Positions 19,745 through 28,892 of a stretch of 64,000 nucleotides of DNA are shown here, piece by piece. Source of the DNA: a virus. Each line of letters begins with the position of its first letter. Within the stretch, counting starts at the first letter, position 1. Position numbers and translations under genes: made by a program. The stretch lies in the IMG/VR virus record IMGVR_UViG_3300042462_000689. The stretch is one strand, 5' to 3'. Below the pieces are notes generated by a model, which worked only from the letters and a program-made list of their open reading frames with translations, searched no databases and had not been told where the DNA came from.

Positions 19745-20055
19745 TGCCCAAACTCACGGCAAAAGAAATCACCAAGGCAATCAAGCGCGGCGATCTCCCC
19801 GTAGGCGAAGCCATGAATGCCGTGGCGGCGGCACAGGAAGACAGGCGGCGCGTGAATCGAATCCTGAAACTGGCCCACGACACCCTCTGTCTGTCCGATG
19901 GTGAATTGGAGCTGGATGATGACAATGCCATCATCTCCGAGGGTGACGACAACGGAACGTATATCTCATGCTGGGCCTGGGTGGATTTCAGCGGCACCAA
20001 ACTGGATAAGGAACCCGAGGAGACCCGGCACGCGGTCAAAGAAGCCACCAAGTGA
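19741..20055 (+). CDS. hypothetical protein
   Basis: GTGA overlap; ISEGDDNGTYISCWAWVDF. Confidence 0.7.
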   Translation: MMPKLTAKEITKAIKRGDLPVGEAMNAVAAAQEDRRRVNRILKLAHDTLCLSDGELELDDDNAIISEGDDNGTYISCWAWVDFSGTKLDKEPEETRHAVKEATK

Positions 20056-20276
20056 TGCTGAAGTTCAGCATCATGACATATGGCTGGGGCTGCAATTCCC
20101 CACGCACCCTCAAAGGGGAGTGCACCGCGGAAGGGGCGGATGCGCTCCTCCATCTGCCCATCTGGGCATCCGGACGGTTCCGGGAATGGCAGCAGACCGG
20201 CATGCAGCAGCCGCTGGAGTTCACGCACGAGATGAACGGCGGAACCGGGCGGTTCCGTTGCGAGCTGCTGAAGTAG
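20052..20276 (+). CDS. small hypothetical protein
   Basis: coupled ORF. Confidence 0.6.
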   Translation: MMLKFSIMTYGWGCNSPRTLKGECTAEGADALLHLPIWASGRFREWQQTGMQQPLEFTHEMNGGTGRFRCELLK

Positions 20277-20344
20277 ACCAACTGGAAGCGCTGGTTCCCG
20301 GAAGGGGCCGGCGCTTCCTCTTTCTTTCCAAATACGAAAACCAA

Positions 20345-20965
20345 ATGAAGATTCAACAACCAAGCGAATGCGAGTGTGTGGCATGCCCAGGGCAAATTCC
20401 CCCGGCGCGACCTGAGGACATTGGCGGCGGCATGCGCTGTCTGTGTCCGTGTCATAAAAAGGGATCGCTCCATCCAATTAACGCGGCGGCCCAAGTCATG
20501 GAATGGACCAAATGCGAGCAAGAACGCGACGCCGCAATTGCAAAGCTGGAGGAGGTCACCAAGGAGCGCGACGAGGCGCGAATGTTGTTGGAGACGATGA
20601 CGCATTCGCAAATCGAAATCGGCAAGGAAAGGGACCAGGTCAGCGATCTGCTCGATGCGGCGACCACCAAATGCGAGCGCGGTCTCTGTGCCGGGGCTGC
20701 GTTGTTCGCCGGAGCCGGCGGAACCCGCATGGAGGAATTGAAAGAAGTAAATCGACAGCTGAATGACAAACTGGTTCAGACACAAGAACGGCTCGGAGCC
20801 GCGCTCTTGGCTGGTGAGAAAGAGAAAGCCCGCCTCGACTGGCTGGAGCAGGACGACCACCTGACCCGTCTGTGGAATGGCCCCTTGAAACTCAAGCAAT
20901 GGAATCCGACGCCCCTGGTGGACGTTCGGGATTTCGTTGACGTGCAACTGAAGCGATCCGAATAG
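20345..20965 (+). CDS. Cys-rich N-terminus plus coiled-coil protein
   Basis: CECVAC..CLCPCH, then heptad-rich region ending ARLDWLE. Confidence 0.7.
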   Translation: MKIQQPSECECVACPGQIPPARPEDIGGGMRCLCPCHKKGSLHPINAAAQVMEWTKCEQERDAAIAKLEEVTKERDEARMLLETMTHSQIEIGKERDQVSDLLDAATTKCERGLCAGAALFAGAGGTRMEELKEVNRQLNDKLVQTQERLGAALLAGEKEKARLDWLEQDDHLTRLWNGPLKLKQWNPTPLVDVRDFVDVQLKRSE

Positions 20966-20968
20966 CGC

Positions 20969-21565
20969 ATGGCCAGACCACGACACCCAGACGCCCCACC
21001 CTGCAAGCTGCCCGACGGAAAGCAGAACCCGGCGTATCGCAAATGGTGGATGGCCGCCAAGCCGGAGAGGGCGGTAGCGCACAAGCTCAGGCAGCGGGTG
21101 TATTCGAAAAGCGAAACCGGGAAGGCCACATGGGAGCGCTGGCACAAATCCCCAAAGGGAATACAATACCGGCGGACCAAGGCAGCGATGCCGCATGTCA
21201 ATACAATCAAATGCATACACTGCGGACACTCACCCTGGTTCGGGGACCGCTTCTCGCCTGACGAGGACAGCCTGAACGGACGCATGTGGTGCTCCGGCTC
21301 CGACAAATGGTTTTACGCATGCAAGGAATGCCGGGATGACATGCCAGAGCAGTGCGTGCCGCGCCTCTCCCCATTGGAATTGGAATTCAGGCAGCATGTC
21401 GGGCTGCTGCGCATGCGGCGTGTCTTTTATTCAGATGGAGGACTCAACTGCATTTGGAAGCGCACGCTGCTTGCGGAATTGTCCGAGGAGGATTTGTGTG
21501 AGCAGGCGAGGATTGAGAATGATGACGGACCCACAGGATATGAAACTTCACCAACAAGCAAATGA
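20969..21565 (+). CDS. basic Zn-binding protein
   Basis: Lys/Arg/Trp-rich helix, CIHCG...CKEC. Confidence 0.65.
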   Translation: MARPRHPDAPPCKLPDGKQNPAYRKWWMAAKPERAVAHKLRQRVYSKSETGKATWERWHKSPKGIQYRRTKAAMPHVNTIKCIHCGHSPWFGDRFSPDEDSLNGRMWCSGSDKWFYACKECRDDMPEQCVPRLSPLELEFRQHVGLLRMRRVFYSDGGLNCIWKRTLLAELSEEDLCEQARIENDDGPTGYETSPTSK

Positions 21566-21774
21566 GTCGTAAACCAAAAGAATACTGGCAGGACCGGGCA
21601 GTTCAAGCGGAAGAGGCCATTGTGAGGCTCTCGCGGATTTTGTACGACAACTTCCCAGCAATGCGTGCAGATCTGCAGTGGCACAAGAACGAATGGAATC
21701 GGGTAATTGCCGAGGTGGAGGCGGCGTATCCGGACGAGCCGGCGCAGGATCAAACAACACCAAAAACCCAATGA
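21562..21774 (+). CDS. small hypothetical protein
   Basis: coupled ORF. Confidence 0.65.
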   Translation: MSRKPKEYWQDRAVQAEEAIVRLSRILYDNFPAMRADLQWHKNEWNRVIAEVEAAYPDEPAQDQTTPKTQ

Positions 21775-22016
21775 ACAACCACGACATCGGAAAATGCACC
21801 ATTTGCGGCGCCGACAATACTGCGATACGGCATTTGGAACTCTTCACGACCGGGTCCGAGGGGACTTGGGCGTGTGATGATTGCGCAATTGCGCTGGCCG
21901 AATTCGGACGGCGCATGCGCCTCACCGCCACCAAGGCGCGGATGCAGGGATACCGAGCCGCTAAGATTGTGGGCGGGGCAAAGGCAGCGGCTTGCCAATC
22001 GCAGGCGGGGACGTAA
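21771..22016 (+). CDS. Zn-finger microprotein
   Basis: CTICG...CDDC. Confidence 0.65.
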   Translation: MNNHDIGKCTICGADNTAIRHLELFTTGSEGTWACDDCAIALAEFGRRMRLTATKARMQGYRAAKIVGGAKAAACQSQAGT

Positions 22017-22025
22017 ACTGGCTGG

Positions 22026-25000
22026 ATGTCCGACCATGAGGATCTACCAAAGCTCAAAAAGGCGAAGTCGTTTTCTGACGACGCCAATTGGCATGAAAAG
22101 CATGTACTTCTCCGAAGCATGCTCGCCGAACACCCGGACCGCTGGGAGGTGGACCAGGATGACGGGCACCAGCATGCTGTCGGGATTCGGCACGAATCGG
22201 GATTCAAATTCCATCTGCCACGGGAGCAGGTGGTCGGGCCGGCGACGCCTCCCGCTGAGAAGTCCGCCATGTCCCTGATGCCCTCGCTTTCCGATATGGC
22301 AACCAGCCGCCTGCTGAAGGCGATCTCCGCGGATCAGGTAAAGCTGGGGCCGGATGGAGAGATCATCGTAGCACCCGAGGAAGAAGCCCCGCTGACACCG
22401 GAAGAGCAGGCGCAGGAGGATATGACCGCCATTTCTGAGCAGGTGGCGGCGATGCAACGGCAGCGGAAGGCCGCGCGTCCTGCTTATTACGATCCCAGGG
22501 ATTGGACTGCCCAAGTAGCCAGCGCATTGGGATTGCCCGATGATGGCAAATACCACCCACGCACCGTCAAATCCGCAGGCAGCAAATGTCCCAATTGCCA
22601 TACGACGGAGGGGTATTTGAAACTGGCTGGCGAGGCGATCATCTGCAGGGAATGCAACCGGCGCTCGGATACCACGGAATGGGAGGAGGCAAATCTGAAG
22701 ACATCTGGCGGCGAAAAAAAAGCATCCACCGAGGCAAAGCCCGCCCCGCTCACCGGCCCCGAGGGCATCAAGGCAAAGCTCGCCTCCCTCGACCTGGAGG
22801 CTCTCGCCGCCGAGCAGCATGCCTACATCAAATCAGGCAAGGTCTCCAAGCGCGACAAGGCCGTCAAAATCCTCAACATCATCGAGGGTCTCAAGCGCAA
22901 CAAGGTGAAGCCGGAGGAATTGATGATTCACGCCGTGCCAGTCATCCCGGCAGTGTATCGCCCATTTGCAATGGCGGGTGGCACGTTCATCCCCGGCGAC
23001 GCCAATGAACTCTACAAGGACCTGTTCACGTTCCAGAAGCTGCACCGGGAGACTCACAAAGAATTGGGACCGGAGGCAGGCAATGAGGCCGGCCTGCAGG
23101 TTTACAATGCGGTGAAGGCGCTTTACGGATATGGGGAGCCGGTGAATCCAAAGACGGCTTCTCGCGGAGTGACTGGGTTCTTCAAATCACTGGTGGGCAC
23201 TTCGCCCAAATACAGCTTCTACCAGCGGGCGCTCATTTCGAAACCGATGGATAATATTTCTAGATCGACGGCCAGCGTGAATCCGGATCTGGGAGTTGAC
23301 GAAGTCGGATTGCCTGATGACCATGCTTGGAAGGGCTTTGCTCCTTATGTGCAAGCGCGATTGGTCGGGCTGGGCTATGCACCCGGCGACGCTGTAAAAG
23401 CCATTCGCGATCGGACGCCTTACGCATTGCAGGCTTTACAGAAAGAGATGGAAGTGCGGCCCGTGATTATTTCAAGGGCACCGGCGTGGCACAAATTCAA
23501 TGCTGTAGCACAGCGTGCGCGTATGGTGAAAGGGGACTCCATCCAGGCCAATCCATTTGTTACGACGGGAATGAACCTAGACTTCGATGGAAATTGCGTC
23601 AAAGTCGGCACAAAGATAATGGTTGCATGGCATCCAGATACATGTTCATCCGCGCGCCTAATGAAACACGCCAATACACAAATCAGACTCAACACCAAGG
23701 ACACCTACGTCGCGTGCATCCCAATTGAGGATTTCCCGCATCTCAAGGGCACCGCAAAGAAGGATCGCAACGGGGCGGATGTTTATGAGGTGCCTGCTGG
23801 GCTCAAGGTGCTAAGCCCGGTAGAGGGCAAAGGAATGCAATGGTGTGATGTCACGCACTTCACCCACGAGAAGGACACGCCCTGCATGGATGTCGTTTGC
23901 GTCACCGGGCATTCCGTGACGGTCTCAGCCAATGAATCCATTGCCGCCTTCAATTCGGAGACCGGGCTGCTGGAGAAGATCAAACCCGCAGATGCCGTGG
24001 GCCGTCTCGTTCCGCTGTCTCGGTCTGCCGCGCTTCCCAAGACGACCATGCGCGTGTCCGACAATCCCTACGAATTCGGTTGGCTGCTCGGTGCCTTCCT
24101 TTCGGATGGCTGGATTGATGAGAACGGGATGGTGGGCTACACCAAGTCCAATGCGGAACACCGCATTCGGTTTGCGGCGGCCTGCTCTTCATACCTCGGG
24201 GACACGGAAGCCGCATTCCTGCGCATCCAGAATTACGCGGAGACGCATGGTGCGGACAATCACAGCGGGATTTGCGGGGACAGTTCGAAGATTCACATCC
24301 GCCTGTTGAAAGAACACGCAGCAAAAGCTCCTCGGTATGCGCAGCTTCAGGGTATTTTCCGGGACTGCTACGACCCTGCCAAATTGGAACGTGATTTGAC
24401 CACAGAGCGTTCCTGCCTCTACAAGCGGCTGCCGCAAATCACATGGGCACTTCCAATTGAAGCACTGTATGGGCTGCTGGCCGGGCTGTTTGACGGAGAC
24501 GGTAGCATTTCCAGTTCCGAGAAACCCGGACGCAAACACCCGGCGTTTACATGCAATCTGGCGACCTCATCTCCGCATCTGCGGGACTCCGTGATGGCGC
24601 TGGCCCAATTTCTCGGCATTCGCTGCAGCTCCACAGCGCAGGAGCCGAAGAAAGGGCGTGCGCAGACTCATACGAGTTATGTGGTGAATTTCTCGGTGAT
24701 CGATATCCGACGAATTGCCCCGTGGTTACAACTCACCAAAGCCAATGCCGCGGCGACCTTGGCGCATTTGCGGTCCGTGCCGGATATGCAGGACACGCGA
24801 GATGTTGTGCCTGTGCTGAAGGCGGAGCTGGAGGAATTACGAAAGAACAAGGACTTGCCCTGTCGTAATTCCATAACGCAAACGATTTCGAAACTCAAAC
24901 ATACCATCGCCCCTGTGGTCAGTCGTCAATGGGTGTTTGCGCTGCCGGAGGCGGATTTGAATCGGGTGCCGGCCTTGCGGCAACGCGCTGAGACCACCTC

Positions 25001-25412
25001 AGTGCTCTGGACTACAATTGAGTCTGCGACACCAGCAGGGAAGCATGACGTGTATGACCTTGCAGTGCCCGAGACGAAGGTCTTCGCAATTGCCAACGGG
25101 TTGGTGGTGTTCGACACCATGAACGCCCATGTGGTTGCGAGCCCGGAAGCAGTCAAAGAGGCCTACGACAAATTGCTCCCCAGCAAGATGGTCTTTGGGA
25201 TCCGTGACCCTGATGCCGTAATCAACAATTTGAAGCACGAGCAAATCCTCGGGTCGTATGCTGCAAGCCAGCGCCCTTCGCAGAAACAATGGAAGTTCGG
25301 CTCAAAGGACGAGGCCATCAGCGCATTAAAGAACGGCACCGTACCCCTGCATGATGACGTGACATTTCCAGGCAGCGAGAAACTCGGCACGCCTTTGCAT
25401 GTCGAGGTGTAA
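22026..25412 (+). CDS. rpoC: DNA-directed RNA polymerase beta' subunit, catalytic (N-terminal/middle) half, intein-containing
   Basis: KPEELMIHAVPVIPAVYRP, LISKPMDNISRS, VIISRAPAWHK and NLDFDG(N) match beta' regions B-D; continues TMNAHV...ILGSY after the intein. Confidence 0.93.
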   Translation: MSDHEDLPKLKKAKSFSDDANWHEKHVLLRSMLAEHPDRWEVDQDDGHQHAVGIRHESGFKFHLPREQVVGPATPPAEKSAMSLMPSLSDMATSRLLKAISADQVKLGPDGEIIVAPEEEAPLTPEEQAQEDMTAISEQVAAMQRQRKAARPAYYDPRDWTAQVASALGLPDDGKYHPRTVKSAGSKCPNCHTTEGYLKLAGEAIICRECNRRSDTTEWEEANLKTSGGEKKASTEAKPAPLTGPEGIKAKLASLDLEALAAEQHAYIKSGKVSKRDKAVKILNIIEGLKRNKVKPEELMIHAVPVIPAVYRPFAMAGGTFIPGDANELYKDLFTFQKLHRETHKELGPEAGNEAGLQVYNAVKALYGYGEPVNPKTASRGVTGFFKSLVGTSPKYSFYQRALISKPMDNISRSTASVNPDLGVDEVGLPDDHAWKGFAPYVQARLVGLGYAPGDAVKAIRDRTPYALQALQKEMEVRPVIISRAPAWHKFNAVAQRARMVKGDSIQANPFVTTGMNLDFDGNCVKVGTKIMVAWHPDTCSSARLMKHANTQIRLNTKDTYVACIPIEDFPHLKGTAKKDRNGADVYEVPAGLKVLSPVEGKGMQWCDVTHFTHEKDTPCMDVVCVTGHSVTVSANESIAAFNSETGLLEKIKPADAVGRLVPLSRSAALPKTTMRVSDNPYEFGWLLGAFLSDGWIDENGMVGYTKSNAEHRIRFAAACSSYLGDTEAAFLRIQNYAETHGADNHSGICGDSSKIHIRLLKEHAAKAPRYAQLQGIFRDCYDPAKLERDLTTERSCLYKRLPQITWALPIEALYGLLAGLFDGDGSISSSEKPGRKHPAFTCNLATSSPHLRDSVMALAQFLGIRCSSTAQEPKKGRAQTHTSYVVNFSVIDIRRIAPWLQLTKANAAATLAHLRSVPDMQDTRDVVPVLKAELEELRKNKDLPCRNSITQTISKLKHTIAPVVSRQWVFALPEADLNRVPALRQRAETTSVLWTTIESATPAGKHDVYDLAVPETKVFAIANGLVVFDTMNAHVVASPEAVKEAYDKLLPSKMVFGIRDPDAVINNLKHEQILGSYAASQRPSQKQWKFGSKDEAISALKNGTVPLHDDVTFPGSEKLGTPLHVEV
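23595..25115 (+). mobile_element. intein (507 aa) with LAGLIDADG endonuclease, ending in Asp
   Basis: starts CVKVGT after DFDGN; LGAFLSDG and LAGLFDGDG motifs; block F VYDLAVPETKVFAIANGLVVFD followed by Thr+1. Confidence 0.92.
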
Positions 25413-25428
25413 ACAATTTCAAAACCAA

Positions 25429-25743
25429 ATGAGTAACATGAGTGAAAAACCAAACATCAACACCAGCTACCGCCTATTTGACCTGGTGCGCTACATGCGC
25501 TCTGAACTGCACAAAGCAGAGCTGATCACCGACGAAGAATACGGGTGGCTGTGCTTTGAGTCTGAAATGGCAACCTCCCCAAAAAAAGGCAGCCCTTCCC
25601 GCCAGCGGCTGGAGGATTACGATGAACTCCGCGCCCAGCTCACCAAAGCCAATGCGCGAGTGAAGGAGCTGGAGGAAGACAAGAAGAAGTCCGACGCAAT
25701 GCTGCTGGCTTACTATGCAAAGGACAACAAACGGACGCCGTAA
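25429..25743 (+). CDS. hypothetical protein with C-terminal coiled coil
   Basis: CCAAATG start. Confidence 0.7.
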   Translation: MSNMSEKPNINTSYRLFDLVRYMRSELHKAELITDEEYGWLCFESEMATSPKKGSPSRQRLEDYDELRAQLTKANARVKELEEDKKKSDAMLLAYYAKDNKRTP

Positions 25744-26024
25744 TGAACCCACCTGACCGATACACCCAGCAGCTCAATGCGGCCTTCAAGCGTGTCGACA
25801 ACGCATTCGAGGCGGCGGGCAAAGCGCTGGATGCAGCAGCAAAACAAATGGACAAAGCACCACCGCCGCCAAATATGGAACCCAACGAACAGCCCGTCAT
25901 GCGGCTGGTGACACGCAAATGCAAATGGGGCAGGCTGGGTCTGTTCCTCAAATACCAGTGGCTGAGCCTGTGCGGCCTTTGGAATGGAGAAGTAGTGCAA
26001 TACATTCAAAAGAAATCCAAATAA
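25743..26024 (+). CDS. hypothetical protein
   Basis: TAATG overlap. Confidence 0.65.
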   Translation: MNPPDRYTQQLNAAFKRVDNAFEAAGKALDAAAKQMDKAPPPPNMEPNEQPVMRLVTRKCKWGRLGLFLKYQWLSLCGLWNGEVVQYIQKKSK

Positions 26025-26032
26025 CCAACCAA

Positions 26033-26824
26033 ATGAGTAAAAGCAATTACACCACGCAGCAATTGGAAAAAATCACACCGGACGTTGCCCGCGCATATCT
26101 GGCAGTGAACGACAATCCGAGGGATCCAAAGAAGCATCAGGTAGATGAATTCGTCCGCATCATCCGCGCCGGGGAGTTCAGGACGCTACATCAAGGGCTG
26201 GCCTTTGACACCCATGGAAAGCTGGTGGATGGGCAGCATCGGCTGCTCGCCGTCGTGGAGGCCGGCCTTGCGGTCCATATGTGGGTGGCGCGCGGCCTCT
26301 CGAAGCTGGATGTGCAGGCCATTGACCGCGGCATGATGAGAAACAATGCCACGGTGATGGGGGTGGATATTCGGGTCGCACCCATCATCACGCAGGCAAC
26401 CTACGTGTTGCTTTCGCATGTCCGCAAACCGCTGACGGGTGAATTGATGAAGGTGAAGGCAGTGCTGGAAGACAACTGCAACGAGTTGATCAGCGCGTGC
26501 GGCTATGCCAAAGCAAAGGTTACGACAGCGTCCATGCGACTGGGAGCAGTGATGAATATGTTCAATTCAGCAGGCAAAGCGTACACCATGGTTCAATACC
26601 CGGCATTGGTGCGTGGGGATTTTCCCACGATGACTCCAATGATCCAGGCGTTTTATCGGCGGTTGGTGGAGTCATCCAGGGCGATGTCCGGACATATGGT
26701 GCTGGCAAACGCATACCGCGCATTCAATCCGAACAATGCGCATCTCAAGTCCGTGGGCATCCGCACAGTGGAGGAGACGCTGGCGGACATGCGCAAGGCC
26801 CTGGGAAACTTAATCACACTGTAA
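26033..26824 (+). CDS. ParB/Srx-like (DGQHRL) domain protein
   Basis: ITPDVARAYL...QGLAFD..GKLVDGQHRLLAVVEAG. Confidence 0.8.
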   Translation: MSKSNYTTQQLEKITPDVARAYLAVNDNPRDPKKHQVDEFVRIIRAGEFRTLHQGLAFDTHGKLVDGQHRLLAVVEAGLAVHMWVARGLSKLDVQAIDRGMMRNNATVMGVDIRVAPIITQATYVLLSHVRKPLTGELMKVKAVLEDNCNELISACGYAKAKVTTASMRLGAVMNMFNSAGKAYTMVQYPALVRGDFPTMTPMIQAFYRRLVESSRAMSGHMVLANAYRAFNPNNAHLKSVGIRTVEETLADMRKALGNLITL

Positions 26825-26867
26825 TCGGCACTTGCGGTCTCTCCTGAATTCAAAAGAAATCCAAATT

Positions 26868-27377
26868 ATGAAAACCTGCAATGACTGCGGAGAAGAACAC
26901 GTCTTCACGGAATGTCCGTTTTGTTTGGAACGAAAACTCCAACCGAACACTCTGACCATCGGCACGAGTGTCGCCAACATCGGAGCCAGCGCCTTCATGG
27001 TCGAACCAATAATTACCGGCACTCTGCGAGTTACCGACCCTCCGCTCGGACGTGCGAAAGACCACGTCATCATCGACGATGCCGGATTTAATGATCCAGG
27101 CGCCACACCTGAGACGGACAAATACTACGGAGTGTCGCCGTGCGGCCCAGGTGAAGTGGGAACCGATGATGTGGAGTTCGCGCGTAAACTTGAACGCGAG
27201 CGTGACAAAGCCCACGCCGAACTGCGCGCCAGCAATCAGGAGTTGAAGGAACTACTCGTGCTTTTGGCACGCGCGATCCACGACGAGAACTGGAAGGAAA
27301 TTGGCAACTTGGTGCCGCGCATGGAAGCAGCCTTTAACAGGCCCGAAGCCGCCCTCAGGAAAGGAAACCGACCATGA
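26868..27377 (+). CDS. Zn-finger plus coiled-coil protein
   Basis: CNDCG..CPFC; ARKLERERD. Confidence 0.65.
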   Translation: MKTCNDCGEEHVFTECPFCLERKLQPNTLTIGTSVANIGASAFMVEPIITGTLRVTDPPLGRAKDHVIIDDAGFNDPGATPETDKYYGVSPCGPGEVGTDDVEFARKLERERDKAHAELRASNQELKELLVLLARAIHDENWKEIGNLVPRMEAAFNRPEAALRKGNRP

Positions 27378-27688
27378 GCGCCTTCACCGATTCAATCGCC
27401 CACTGCCTCAGAGGCGTGGAGCACTTCAGCACGGGAGCAATGGGAGGCTGCGAGGAATGCGGCCTCGGGGACAATGAGGAGCCGACGGAGCATGAGCGCG
27501 CAATTGCAGAGGAGGGTGGCTTTTCCAACCAACCCTGTGAAAGCTGCGAATCATCGCTGGCAGGCAACCGCTACCCGGCACACGGAATCACCTTCCACAA
27601 CGGAAGGACATACACACACCACTTCTCCATTTGCACGGACTGTCTGCAGTATCATGCAAATGGGGATGAACCTGAACCTGAAAAATGA
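27374..27688 (+). CDS. Cys-rich protein
   Basis: CEECG, FSNQPCESC...LAGNRY, ICTDC. Confidence 0.7.
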   Translation: MSAFTDSIAHCLRGVEHFSTGAMGGCEECGLGDNEEPTEHERAIAEEGGFSNQPCESCESSLAGNRYPAHGITFHNGRTYTHHFSICTDCLQYHANGDEPEPEK

Positions 27689-27873
27689 CCCCATTAATAT
27701 TAACAATGCTCCTCGGAGCCGCCACCAGCAGTGGGTGGTGGGCTCTCTCCGTTCTGAACATGCCGACAGAATGTTTCGTTCCGGTATTTCTGCTGACCCT
27801 GCTTGGTACGCTGACCTGCGTGGGAGTCCTCGCCACGCAGACCCTCGCTGTTCTTGAGAAAAAATCCAAATGA
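27685..27873 (+). CDS. small membrane protein (2 TM)
   Basis: two hydrophobic stretches. Confidence 0.6.
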   Translation: MTPLILTMLLGAATSSGWWALSVLNMPTECFVPVFLLTLLGTLTCVGVLATQTLAVLEKKSK

Positions 27874-28064
27874 ATTACCGGTATTACATTCAGCATGAAC
27901 CCCTGAGCGTCCGCCGCTACACCGAGGACCACAAGGAACGGTGGGACCGCAAGACCCAGAAATGGTCGGAGGATTGCGCAGATGAGAGCACCTGCGCAAA
28001 GGATCGTCTCGTCGAGGAGCCGGAAGCCATGAAAACAATAGCCCAATTGGTCGCACCCAAATAA
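27870..28064 (+). CDS. small hypothetical protein
   Basis: coupled ORF. Confidence 0.65.
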   Translation: MNYRYYIQHEPLSVRRYTEDHKERWDRKTQKWSEDCADESTCAKDRLVEEPEAMKTIAQLVAPK

Positions 28065-28314
28065 CCATGCAAAGCTATTACATCCTGGTAAATGGAGAGT
28101 GGCGACGTCGGTAAAATGACCACGCCCCAAATACCACCGGCACCGCTGCGGAGTCTCCGCCGTGCCGCTGATGTCCTTCTATCTCTGAGTTTGCAACAGT
28201 TTCAAAGTCCATGAGCACATTGAATGATGACCACAGCGACGCTCCGATTCACGCAACCGGCGCAACCAAAAGCAGAATCAATACTAGAACTTTCTTTTCG
28301 GAGATAATACAGCT

Positions 28315-28725
28315 ATGCAAACCTTTCTACCCTTCCCATCTTTTGAGCTGTCTGCCAAGGCGCTAGACATGCGTCGGTTAGGTAAACAGCGCGTTGAGTG
28401 CAAGCAGTTGATCCGGTCTTTGACAGAACCTGACTACGGCTGGAGGAATCACCCTGCCTCGAAGATGTGGAAAGGTAATGTCCAAGGGTTGGCTGCCTAT
28501 GGCTATGAGATTTGCAAAGAGTGGCGTCGTCGCGGGTATAAGGATACCCTGTTGGAGTGGTTTGATGAACGACGGAATGCTGTCGGCGATCCGCCCTTAC
28601 CTCATTGGCTCACTGCGGAGTTTTGCAGGGCACATCAGTCTAACCTGATTCGCAAAGACTCAGGATACTACTCGCCTATGTTTCCCGGAGTGCTGGCAGA
28701 CTTGCCTTACATTTGGCCTGTATGA
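28315..28725 (+). CDS. pyrimidine-dimer DNA glycosylase/endonuclease V-like protein (MSMEG_6728-type)
   Basis: MQTFLP...LD.RRLGKQRVE..Q...GWRNHPA..MW; HQSNLIRKD..YY; YIWP. Confidence 0.88.
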   Translation: MQTFLPFPSFELSAKALDMRRLGKQRVECKQLIRSLTEPDYGWRNHPASKMWKGNVQGLAAYGYEICKEWRRRGYKDTLLEWFDERRNAVGDPPLPHWLTAEFCRAHQSNLIRKDSGYYSPMFPGVLADLPYIWPV

Positions 28726-28892
28726 AAACCGTATCCGAATTGAAAGCTGTATGCTGTGTGAAATGATGCCATGAGAGACGACGACCCGCTGAAATACTTC
28801 CCCGGATACGCAGAGGCGTGCGCGAAGGCTGCTAAGTCTCAGATCGCCACCATCAGCGACTCGCCGACAGAAACCTCAACCGAAGGAGAAAA

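Noticed and set aside
20036-21229. 397-aa minus-strand ORF, and other long antisense ORFs such as 55432-56541, 3057-3941 and 40170-41042
   Set aside because: Shadows of well-supported plus-strand genes, with no recognisable motifs.
28064-28314. Possible ncRNA or micro-ORFs in a 250-bp gap
   Set aside because: No convincing structure; the 15-aa and 32-aa ORFs are unsupported.
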